This document shows, piece after piece, positions 9,788-17,544 of a stretch of DNA of 23,566 nt. A model generated the notes under the pieces. The model saw only the letters and a program-made list of their open reading frames with translations, did no database searches and was not told where the DNA came from. The number at the start of each line of letters is the position of its first letter. Position 1 is the first letter of the stretch. A program made the position numbers and the translations under genes. The stretch comes from Candidatus Fervidifonticultor secundus (GTDB lineage Bacteria > Sysuimicrobiota > Sysuimicrobiia > Sysuimicrobiales > Humicultoraceae): assembly GCA_031459385.1 (NCBI GenBank), contig JAVKIP010000031.1, positions 1 to 23,566 of the forward strand, written 5' to 3'.

Positions 9788-9860
9788 AGCGGGCCGCAGA
9801 GCCATAATAGCGGCCGGCCCAGGCGGCGCAGGCGGCGTGCGGTGGCGACCCGCCTACCCG

Positions 9861-9871
9861 TGTGCTAGAAT
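9861..9871 (+). promoter_or_regulatory. Extended -10 promoter (TGTG-c-TAGAAT) for tRNA-His
   Basis: TGnTAGAAT ending 12 nt upstream of the mature tRNA 5' end. Confidence 0.65.
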
Positions 9872-9883
9872 GGCTCCCGGCGC

Positions 9884-9962
9884 GGTGGCCGTAGCTCAGC
9901 CCGGTGAGAGCGCCTGGCTGTGGCCCAGGAGGTCGGGGGTTCGAATCCCCTCGGCCACCCCA
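9884..9962 (+). tRNA. tRNA-His (GUG)
   Basis: G-1 plus acceptor stem GTGGCCG/CGGCCAC, C73 discriminator and encoded CCA (9960-9962). D arm GCTC/GAGC, anticodon arm CCTGG-CTGTGGC-CCAGG (GTG at 9920-9922), T arm GGGGG-TTCGAAT-CCCCT. Confidence 0.98.
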
Positions 9963-10183
9963 TGACGGGCGTCAGTCCTGCATGCGGCGCCGTGGTCCGC
10001 GCGCTTCATGGTTTCCTCCCCGGCGCTCGCCACTCCCGGGCTTGATGTAGACATGGTCACGCCCCGCCCCGGGTGTGGAGGGCGGCCGCCTAGAATCCCC
10101 CAGGTTGGGTATTGTAGCGAGATGTGGGCGGGTGCCTGGCACGGGCCCTGTCGCGCGGCAGTGCTGCAGGGTAGGTGCCGCAG

Positions 10184-10194
10184 ATTGTACCACA
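10184..10194 (-). promoter_or_regulatory. Consensus-like extended -10 promoter (TGTG-g-TACAAT) on the minus strand
   Basis: Reverse complement of ATTGTACCACA. A second TACAAT lies at 10111-10116. Points toward tRNA-His (antisense) and away from the pilin gene. Confidence 0.45.
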
Positions 10195-10260
10195 GCGTCG
10201 TGCCCCGGGGTCATGCGGCGTCGGCGAGCGCGGACGTATTCCACAAGGGGGTAAGAAGAC

Positions 10261-10671
10261 GTGCTGAGCGGCCTCTGGGGAAGGCAGCGGCGTCCTGGCG
10301 CGAGGGGCTTCACCCTCATCGAGCTGGTCGTCGTGCTGGCGATCCTGGGCATTCTGCTCGCGCTCGCCGTGCCCAGGTACCTCGGCGCCCACCGGCGGGC
10401 GTACAAGAAGGAAGGGCAGACGCTGCTGCAGGAGCTGAAGACGCTCTCGTGGGCATACTATCAGGAACGTAACGTCTTCACCAGCAATCTCAGTGCGCTG
10501 GGGTTCGCGATGCCGTCGGGCGCCAGCTGGAACGTACCGTCGGGCACCCCCGACGGCAGTACCGTCATCACCTGGACTCTGGACGGTGCGAGCGGCACGC
10601 CGGTGCAGGGGAGCACGTGCTCCGTCATCCTGAGCGCAGACGGCTCTGCAAGCCAGGGATGCACGTTCTGA
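10261..10671 (+). CDS. Type IV (IVa-like) pilin / pseudopilin with N-terminal methylation motif
   Basis: Basic leader RQRRPGARG|FTLIELVVVLAILGILLALAVPRY with E5, and a C-terminal Cys pair (STC...QGCTF). AAGGGGG SD, GTG start. Confidence 0.93.
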   Translation: MLSGLWGRQRRPGARGFTLIELVVVLAILGILLALAVPRYLGAHRRAYKKEGQTLLQELKTLSWAYYQERNVFTSNLSALGFAMPSGASWNVPSGTPDGSTVITWTLDGASGTPVQGSTCSVILSADGSASQGCTF

Positions 10672-10725
10672 CCTCCCAGGCCCCCGTGCCCTCCAGGCGG
10701 TACCAGGAGGGGAGCGCGCGCGAGC

Positions 10726-12006
10726 TCACTGCACGGCTTTGTAGGCGTTGATCCGGCCGTGCGCCCAATACCTGCCGGTGCCGCTGATCCGATCCGCGGT
10801 AGCCTCGATCTTGTTCCGGATGCAACTGTTCGTCGCGCATCCGGTGGCGGCCCATCGGGTCCAGCGCAGCCCTGCCAGTCCCGCCACGAACGGCGTGGCC
10901 ATTGAGGTCCCGCTCAGGGCGTCGTAGTCCTGCTTGTAGGCGTACTGCGTGGTCAGGTAGACGGGCGAATTCGGCATCGTCGAGAGGATGGCCACGCCCG
11001 GCGCGGCCACGTCCACCCAGGTCTTGTCCCAGTTGGAGAACGACGCCTTGCGGTCGGTCTGGTCGGTGGCGGCCACCGCGATGCACTCGGGGTAGGCGGC
11101 CGGGTACGTCTTGGCTTTCGTGCCGCTGTTGCCCGCCGCGCACGCGAGTACCGAGCCGGCCTGCCAGGCATTGACGACGGCGGACTCCAGAAAGATGGAC
11201 GGCAGGCTGCCGCCGAGGCTCAGGTTGATGACATGGGCGCCGTTCTGCACCGCCCACATGATGCCGTTCATGACGGCGTAGTAGCTGCCGGAGCCGGCCG
11301 CGTTGAGCACCTTCGCCGCCAGCAGGCTCACGCCGGGGTCGCCGGTGCCCCCGAGAGTCCCCCAGTTCATGCCCGCCACCCCGATGGTGTTGTTCGTCAG
11401 CGCGCCGATGATCCCCGCGACGTGCGTGCCGTGTCCGTTGTCATCGTCAGCGTCGCCGTCGCCGTTGACGTAATCCACCTGCGCGGCGACCGGAGGGAGG
11501 TCAGGGTTGCTGGTGTCGATGCCGGTGTCCACCACCGCGATCTTGACCGTGTTCCATCCCCTGGTGATGTCCCACGCCCCGGCGGCCTGGATCGGCCCGA
11601 ACCCCCACTGCGTGACGCACCCGTTCCGTGACGACGGGTAGCACGAGGTCGCGTAGTGGGGGTCGTCGGGTGCTGCCAGGGCCGTGGCGATCCCGTTCAG
11701 TTCCACGCGCTCCACCGCCGGATGGCGCGCGAGGCTGTGCAGCAGCGCCTCGAGCCGCGCCGGCGAGACCTTGAGCAGGTGCACGTCCAGGCCAGCGATG
11801 CGGCCGACCGCGCGCGCGCCCAGCGCCCGGGCGAATACATCGGCGTTCACGCTGAGGTTGGGCCTGAACTTGACGAGGATTTCGTCGGCCACGTACTGAC
11901 CGGCCGGCAGGAGCCCCGGCGACGGCGCGGGGGCCCCTCCGCCGGGGCCAGCCAGGGCCAGCAAGACCAGCACGAGGACGATCAATGCTCCCCCGAGGTT
12001 GCGCAT
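10726..12006 (-). CDS. Secreted S8 subtilase (thermitase-like) with propeptide
   Basis: Signal peptide, propeptide (DEILVKFR...VERVELN), catalytic triad VVDTG / NGHGTHVAG / GTSMATP and oxyanion AAGN. ATG 12006 is preferred because ATG 12015 directly abuts the GGAGGAG SD. Confidence 0.95.
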   Translation of the reverse strand: MRNLGGALIVLVLVLLALAGPGGGAPAPSPGLLPAGQYVADEILVKFRPNLSVNADVFARALGARAVGRIAGLDVHLLKVSPARLEALLHSLARHPAVERVELNGIATALAAPDDPHYATSCYPSSRNGCVTQWGFGPIQAAGAWDITRGWNTVKIAVVDTGIDTSNPDLPPVAAQVDYVNGDGDADDDNGHGTHVAGIIGALTNNTIGVAGMNWGTLGGTGDPGVSLLAAKVLNAAGSGSYYAVMNGIMWAVQNGAHVINLSLGGSLPSIFLESAVVNAWQAGSVLACAAGNSGTKAKTYPAAYPECIAVAATDQTDRKASFSNWDKTWVDVAAPGVAILSTMPNSPVYLTTQYAYKQDYDALSGTSMATPFVAGLAGLRWTRWAATGCATNSCIRNKIEATADRISGTGRYWAHGRINAYKAVQ

Positions 12007-12173
12007 TGACCTCATCTCCTCCCGTGTCGCGCCGGAACCAGGGATAGCAGTTCGCGTCTGCCGAACGGCCGTCCTGCCGGGCAGGGCCGGGGTCTCCAGA
12101 CCGGCTGCACAGGAACCCTGCCTGACGCCGGCGTAAGCAACTGCAAACCCGGCGCGCCGGTGGGGGGCGGCCT

Positions 12174-15100
12174 ATGGACACCACAGTGGTCACGCGACAA
12201 CCCCTGCGCGAGGTGAGCCTCGACGACCGCTACCTCCTCGAGGAAGGAACGGTCTACCTTCGCGGCATCCAGGCCCTGGTGCGGTTTCCGCTGGACGCGA
12301 GCCACCGCGACCGCCGGGCCGGGCTGCGGATCGGCACGTTCATCAGCGGCTACCCCGGGGCGCCGCTGGCGGGCTACGACCTGGCCCTACAGCAGATCCG
12401 CCCGCTGCTGGAGCAGCACGACATCGTCCACGTCCCGGCCACCAACGAGGACCTGGCGGCGACGGCCATCATGGGCACCCAGATGCTCGACGCCCACCCG
12501 CACGCGCGCTACGACGGGGTCACGGCCATCTGGTACGGCAAGGGGCCGGGGGTCGACCGTAGCGGCGACGCGTTGAAGCACGGCAACTTCGCTGGCACCA
12601 GCCGCCACGGCGCGGTGGTGCTCCTGGCGGGGGAAGACCATGAAGCCAAGAGCTCGTCGTTCCCCTTCCAGGACGACTACGCCTTCATGAGCGCGGGCAT
12701 CCCGGTGCTCTACCCGGCGTCGGTGCGCGAGTTCCTCGATCACGGCATCCACGCGGTGCACCTGTCGCGGTTCTCGGGGTGCTGGGTGGCCCTCAAGCTG
12801 GTGGCGGCTCTGGCCGACGGCAACGAGACGATCGAGGTGAGCCCCGACCGGCCGGCGGTGGTCGTGCCCCAGGTGGAGATCGACGGCCGGCCGTTCCGCA
12901 AGGTGGCCGACTTCGCTTTCTTCGGCACGAAGAACATCGAGCTGGAGCGGCACCTGTACTACGAGCGTCACCGGGCCGTGGTGGAGTACGCCCGGGCCAA
13001 CCGGCTCGACCGCGTGGAGGTGGACCCGCCCGACGCCCGGCTGGGGATCGTCACGGCCGGCAAGAGCTACGCCGATATGCGGCAGGCCCTGCTCGACCTG
13101 GGCCTCGACGACGAGGCGCTGCGGCGCTGCGGCATTCGCCTGCTGCGCGTGGGGCTCATCTACCCCGTCGACCGGCGCGCCATCCGGGAGTTCGCCCGGG
13201 GGCTGCGCGAGGTGGTGGTGGTGGAAGAGAAGCGGGGGTTCCTGGAGGCGCAGGTCAAGGAGGCGTTGTGCGGGCAACCGGTGGCGGTCGTGGGGAAGTT
13301 CGACGACACCGGGCGCCCGCTGTTCCCCATCCAGGGCGGGATGGACAGCGACCTGATCGCCGAGCGGCTGGCCGAACGGCTGCGGCCGTACGTGGGCGAC
13401 CACCCACCGATGCACCGGCGCCTGGCGGTCGTGCAGGCGATCCGGGCCCGCCGCTACGACGCCCACCCCGCGCGCACCCCCAACTACTGCTCGGGGTGCC
13501 CGCACAACGTCTCAACCCTGCTGCTGCCGGACATGGTGGCGTCGGGCAGCCCGGGGTGCCACTCGTTCGCGTCCCTGATCGACCAGCCCCAGCGGCGCAT
13601 CGTCGCCATGACCCAGTACGGCGGGGAAGGAGCCCCGTGGGTGGGGCTGCTGCCGTTCACCGACCGGACGCACCTGGTGGCCAACATGGGCGACGGCTCG
13701 TTCTTCCATTCGGGTTCGCTGAGCATCCGGTTCGCCGCCGCCGTGGGGGCGCACGTCACGTTCAAGATCCTCTACAACGGCGCCATCGCCAACACCGGGG
13801 CCCAGCGTCCGGTGGGTGGCAAGCCGGTGGCCGACCTGACCCGCCTGCTGGCGGCGGAGGGAGTGCGGGCCATCGCCCTGGTCACAAAGCAACCCGCGGC
13901 GTACCGGCGGGCCGCCCTGGCGCCCATCACCCGCGTCTATCACGTCGACCGGCTGGAGGAGGCGCTGCAGCGACTGCGCGAGGTGCCGGGCACGACCGTC
14001 ATGATCTACGACGAGATGTGCGCCAACGAGCGCCGCCGGTTGCAGAAGCGAGGCCGGCTGCCGGCGCCGACCCGCTTCGTGTTCATCAACGAGGACGTCT
14101 GCGAGAACTGCGGGCACTGCGGCAGCCTCACCAACTGCATGTCGCTACAGAAGGTCGACACCGAGTTCGGCCCCAAGACGCAGGTGCACCAGGCGTCGTG
14201 CAACACCGACTACCGGTGCCTGGGCGGCGACTGCCCGTCGTTCGTCACCGTCGACAGCCCGGCCGGCCTGCGGCGGCCGCAGCCGCCGCACCTGGAGGCC
14301 GATGCGGTCCCCGAGCCCGCCCGGCGCGTCGGACTGGAGGAGCCCTATCACATCTACATCCCCGGCGTCGGCGGCACCGGGGTCATCACGATCAACGCCC
14401 TGCTGGGCTACGCGGCCCTCATGGACGGTCGCTACGTCATGGGCTACGACCAGACCGGCGCCGCGCAGAAGTGGGGCCCGGTGCTGTCCAGCCTGATCAT
14501 CGCCCCGCAGGCCGGCGCGGTGGCGGCCAGCAAGGTCGGCGCGGGCAAGGCCGACCTGTACCTGGTGCTGGACATCCTGGGTGGCATCGCGCCCGCCAAC
14601 CTCGACCGGTGCGACCCCGAGCGCACGGTGGCGGTGGTCAACCGCACGCTGTTCCCCACCGGTGAGGTGATCCGCAACGCCTGGTATACGGTCGACGTCG
14701 ACGGCATGGTGGCCACCGTCGAACGCTATACCCGCGTGGCCGCCAACGTGGTGGTCGACGGCCGACAGCTGGCCGAGGCGCTGTTCGGCGATCACATGGC
14801 CACGAACCCGTTCATGCTGGGGGTCGCCTACCAGCACGGCCTGCTACCGCTGTCGGCGGCCAGCCTTGAGGCCGCCATCCGCCTGAACGGCGTGCAGGTC
14901 GAGCAGAACCTGCAGGCGTTCCGCTACGGACGGCTCTTCGCCGCCGACCCGGCGCGGGTACTGGCGCTCGTCGAGCGCCGGCGCCGGCCGGCCGACGAGG
15001 AGCAGGCGGCACAAGCCGTGCGCCTGGGCGGAGCCCGGGCGCGGGCGTACGCGGCCCTGCTGGCGCGCTGCGTCCACTTCGACGAGGAGTCGCGCCGCAT

Positions 15101-15722
15101 GCTGGCGGTGCGGGTGGCCGAACTGATCGACTACCAGAATATGGCCTACGCCACCCGCTACGTGGACGCGGTGCTGCAGGTGGCCGCCCGCGAGCAGGCC
15201 GCCCGGCCGGGGGCGGTGGCCATCACCCGCGCGGTCATCGCTTCCCTCTACAAGCTGATGGCCTACAAGGACGAGTACGAGGTGGCGCGGCTGTACCTGG
15301 AGCCGGCGTTCGGCCAGCGCCTGCGCGAGACGTTCGCCGACCCCCGACGTGTCGTCTTCCACTTCCACCCGCCGCTGTTGCGGGCGCTGGGGCTGCGGCA
15401 CAAGCTGGCGGTGGGGCCGTGGGTCCGGCCGCTGCTGCGCCTGCTGCGGGCGCTGCGGGGGGTGCGCGGCACGCCACTGGACCTGTTCGGCTACGCCGCG
15501 CTGCGGCGCGAGGAGCGGGCGCTGGTGGGGTGGTACCTCGAGCTGTTGGACCGCGCCCTGGCCGCGCTGCGGCCGGAGACCTACGACCTCGTCCTCCAGG
15601 TGGCCCGCCTGCCCGACGGCATCCGGGGCTACGAAGGGATCAAGCGGACTGCGCTGGCTACGGTACGCCGGCAGGCGGCCGAGCTGCTGGACCGCCTCGC
15701 CGACCAGGCGGTCCCGGCCTGA
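12174..15722 (+). CDS. Indolepyruvate:ferredoxin oxidoreductase family protein, fused alpha/beta single chain
   Basis: GIQALVR, ISGYPGAPL, WYGKGPGVDRSGD, RTPNYCSGCPHN, TPP motif GDGSFFHSG, ferredoxin CENCGHC...C / CNTDYRC...CPSF, beta subunit GVGGTGVIT and C-terminal KLMAYKDEYEVARL. Confidence 0.95.
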   Translation: MDTTVVTRQPLREVSLDDRYLLEEGTVYLRGIQALVRFPLDASHRDRRAGLRIGTFISGYPGAPLAGYDLALQQIRPLLEQHDIVHVPATNEDLAATAIMGTQMLDAHPHARYDGVTAIWYGKGPGVDRSGDALKHGNFAGTSRHGAVVLLAGEDHEAKSSSFPFQDDYAFMSAGIPVLYPASVREFLDHGIHAVHLSRFSGCWVALKLVAALADGNETIEVSPDRPAVVVPQVEIDGRPFRKVADFAFFGTKNIELERHLYYERHRAVVEYARANRLDRVEVDPPDARLGIVTAGKSYADMRQALLDLGLDDEALRRCGIRLLRVGLIYPVDRRAIREFARGLREVVVVEEKRGFLEAQVKEALCGQPVAVVGKFDDTGRPLFPIQGGMDSDLIAERLAERLRPYVGDHPPMHRRLAVVQAIRARRYDAHPARTPNYCSGCPHNVSTLLLPDMVASGSPGCHSFASLIDQPQRRIVAMTQYGGEGAPWVGLLPFTDRTHLVANMGDGSFFHSGSLSIRFAAAVGAHVTFKILYNGAIANTGAQRPVGGKPVADLTRLLAAEGVRAIALVTKQPAAYRRAALAPITRVYHVDRLEEALQRLREVPGTTVMIYDEMCANERRRLQKRGRLPAPTRFVFINEDVCENCGHCGSLTNCMSLQKVDTEFGPKTQVHQASCNTDYRCLGGDCPSFVTVDSPAGLRRPQPPHLEADAVPEPARRVGLEEPYHIYIPGVGGTGVITINALLGYAALMDGRYVMGYDQTGAAQKWGPVLSSLIIAPQAGAVAASKVGAGKADLYLVLDILGGIAPANLDRCDPERTVAVVNRTLFPTGEVIRNAWYTVDVDGMVATVERYTRVAANVVVDGRQLAEALFGDHMATNPFMLGVAYQHGLLPLSAASLEAAIRLNGVQVEQNLQAFRYGRLFAADPARVLALVERRRRPADEEQAAQAVRLGGARARAYAALLARCVHFDEESRRMLAVRVAELIDYQNMAYATRYVDAVLQVAAREQAARPGAVAITRAVIASLYKLMAYKDEYEVARLYLEPAFGQRLRETFADPRRVVFHFHPPLLRALGLRHKLAVGPWVRPLLRLLRALRGVRGTPLDLFGYAALRREERALVGWYLELLDRALAALRPETYDLVLQVARLPDGIRGYEGIKRTALATVRRQAAELLDRLADQAVPA

Positions 15723-15785
15723 CCCCGGGCCCGCGCCGCGTCCGGACGGGCATCAGGGACGGATGTCAGGAAAGGGGGGGAGACC

Positions 15786-16679
15786 GTGCACGTACTCATA
15801 CAGCAAGTCCTGCGTTCCCCGCGCGCCCTGGCGATGCTGGGGCTCGTGGTGCTCGTGGCGATGTCCGCCACGGCGGTGGCGGCGGAGCGCCGCGCCCGGG
15901 GCGGCGACGTGCTGGCGCCGCTGCTCCGCGCCGTCGCCGACGGCCGCATCGAGGTGGTGGAGCTGGGCGCGACGCTCAAGGAGACGACGCCCGTGATCCA
16001 GCTCCCGCCGCCGTTTGCCAACACGCCGGGGTTCAAGAAGCACGTCATCTCGGCGTTCGACGAGAAGGGGCCCGCCTGGAAGTGGTACTGGTACGAGATC
16101 GGCGAGCACGTGGGCACCCACTTCGACGCGCCCTGCCACTGGGTGACAGGGAAGGACAAGCCCTGCCTCCACCGGCTCGACCCGAGGACGTTGATCGGTC
16201 CCATCGCGGTGGTGGATATCACGAAGGAGGCGGCGGCCAACCCCGACTTGGTGGTCACCCGGGAGATGCTCCTGGCCTGGGAGCAGCGGTGGGGCCGGAT
16301 TCCCCGCGGGGCATGGGTCTTCCTGCGTAGCGGATGGTCCAAGAAGTACGCCGCACCCAAGGAGTACTTCAACGTGCGCGACGACGGGCCGCACACCCCC
16401 GGCATGGGTGCCTCGGGCGCCCGGTTCCTGGTGCAGGAGCGCGACATCGTGGGGGTCGGCGTGGAGACCATCGGGACCGACGCCGGGCAGGCGTTCCGCG
16501 AGCAGCCGCCCTTCCCCAACCACGCCATCATGCACGGCGCGGGGAAGTACGGCCTGACCTCGCTGTTCAACCTGGACCGCCTCCCGATCACCGGCGCGGT
16601 CCTGGTGGTCCTGCCCATGAAGGTCGAGGACGGGACCGGCAGCCCTGTCCGGCCCATCGCCCTGGTGCCCCGGCGTTAG
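15786..16679 (+). CDS. Cyclase-family metal-dependent amidohydrolase, isatin hydrolase-like, with N-terminal signal peptide
   Basis: Metal motif EHVGTHFDAPCHW, plus TPVIQLPP, GPAW, HWVTGKD, GPHTPG, IGTDAGQA, PPFP and GTGSPVR blocks that I recall from isatin hydrolases. Confidence 0.88.
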   Translation: MHVLIQQVLRSPRALAMLGLVVLVAMSATAVAAERRARGGDVLAPLLRAVADGRIEVVELGATLKETTPVIQLPPPFANTPGFKKHVISAFDEKGPAWKWYWYEIGEHVGTHFDAPCHWVTGKDKPCLHRLDPRTLIGPIAVVDITKEAAANPDLVVTREMLLAWEQRWGRIPRGAWVFLRSGWSKKYAAPKEYFNVRDDGPHTPGMGASGARFLVQERDIVGVGVETIGTDAGQAFREQPPFPNHAIMHGAGKYGLTSLFNLDRLPITGAVLVVLPMKVEDGTGSPVRPIALVPRR

Positions 16680-16696
16680 TCTGGCGCAGGCGCCGG

Positions 16697-17539
16697 TCAG
16701 GCGGACGGTGTCTCGGCGCTGCCGGCAGCCGGCGTCGAGACACCGTCCCGTTGCTCCAGGAACTCCTGCAGCGCGGTGTTGAACCGCTCCGCTTCCTCCA
16801 ACTGAGGGTTGTGGCCGCTGTGGTGAAAGGGCACCAGCCGCGCCCCGGGGATCCGCTGGGCCAGGGCCACCGCGCCCCCGTAGCGCTGCTTGCGGTCGTG
16901 GACGCCGTGGATCACCAGGGTCGGCACCCGGATCGCCGGCAGGAGGTCGTGCAGGTCGACGGCCTCCAGGTCCCGCGCCAGCATCTTCATGGCGTACGCC
17001 GGCCACTCTAGCATCGTCGCCAGCACGGCCTGGCGGGTCGCCGGCCCGGGGTCCTTGTAGAAATACGTCTCGAGCAGCCGCGCGGACGCCTCGGCCTTGT
17101 TGGTGGCCATCTCCCGGACATAGTCGCGCCACACCGCCGGCGCGAAGCCCACCTCGTCGTCATGCCCAACCAGGCGCGCACCGGTGCTGACCAGGACCAG
17201 GCGCAGGGGCCAGTGTGGATACCGTACCGCGAACGTGACGCCCACGTAGCCGCCAATGCCGTGGCAGACCAGCGAGCACGGCTCACGGGCCAGTGCCGCG
17301 ACCACCACCGCCAGATCCTCGGTGAACCGCGCCACCGTGTGACCGGTGCGTGGCTTGTCGCTCTGTCCGTGGCCACGCAGGTCGTAGGCGATGGTCCGAA
17401 AGCGGTCGGCCATGGTGTAGACCTGCTGTTCCCATACCTCGTGGCTTCCGGCCCCGCCGTGCACGAAGACCACCGGGTGGCCGGCGCCGAACTCCTCGTA
17501 GTAGAGGCGGACGCCGGGTTCGACCTCGACGAATGCCAT
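16697..17539 (-). CDS. Alpha/beta-hydrolase fold protein with Gly at the nucleophile position
   Basis: True start is probably MAFVEVEPG (ATG 17539); the track ORF from 18085 is an upstream extension overlapping the SBP gene. Motifs VFVHGG, DLRGHGQS, elbow VCHGIGG, PTLVIHGVHD and SGHNPQLE. Confidence 0.88.
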   Translation of the reverse strand: MAFVEVEPGVRLYYEEFGAGHPVVFVHGGAGSHEVWEQQVYTMADRFRTIAYDLRGHGQSDKPRTGHTVARFTEDLAVVVAALAREPCSLVCHGIGGYVGVTFAVRYPHWPLRLVLVSTGARLVGHDDEVGFAPAVWRDYVREMATNKAEASARLLETYFYKDPGPATRQAVLATMLEWPAYAMKMLARDLEAVDLHDLLPAIRVPTLVIHGVHDRKQRYGGAVALAQRIPGARLVPFHHSGHNPQLEEAERFNTALQEFLEQRDGVSTPAAGSAETPSA

Positions 17540-17544
17540 GACGC

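Noticed and set aside
9689..9790. Partial resemblance to FMN riboswitch (+: GGGT.GAAAATCCC, CCGGCGG, AGCCC) and glycine riboswitch (-: ATCTCTCAGG)
   Set aside because: The second FMN half (GGTGAAATTCC, CCGAC, GGATG) and the glycine GGAGA/CCGAAG core are missing, and gene context fits neither.
9687..9862. Possible 6S RNA or MITE from the imperfect inverted repeat CGCGGGTAG / CTACCCGTG spanning 176 nt
   Set aside because: The interior does not fold into a rod with a central bubble, no target-site duplication is seen, and the right end runs into the tRNA promoter.
10137..10151. Sigma54-like TGGCACG upstream of the pilin gene
   Set aside because: The -12 element reads CTGT instead of TTGC; the invariant GC is absent.
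10689..10711. CCCTCC...GGAGGG inverted repeat between pilin and subtilase
   Set aside because: Only a 6-bp stem with a large imperfect loop; too weak to call a terminator.
9884..12006. Integrative element inserted at tRNA-His
   Set aside because: No integrase, no duplicated tRNA 3' end seen in the window, and no obvious compositional shift.
12141..12173. c-di-GMP-I riboswitch-like GCAAACC upstream of the IOR gene
   Set aside because: No GNRA tetraloop, no GACGCAAAGC, and no room for the second stem before the ATG.
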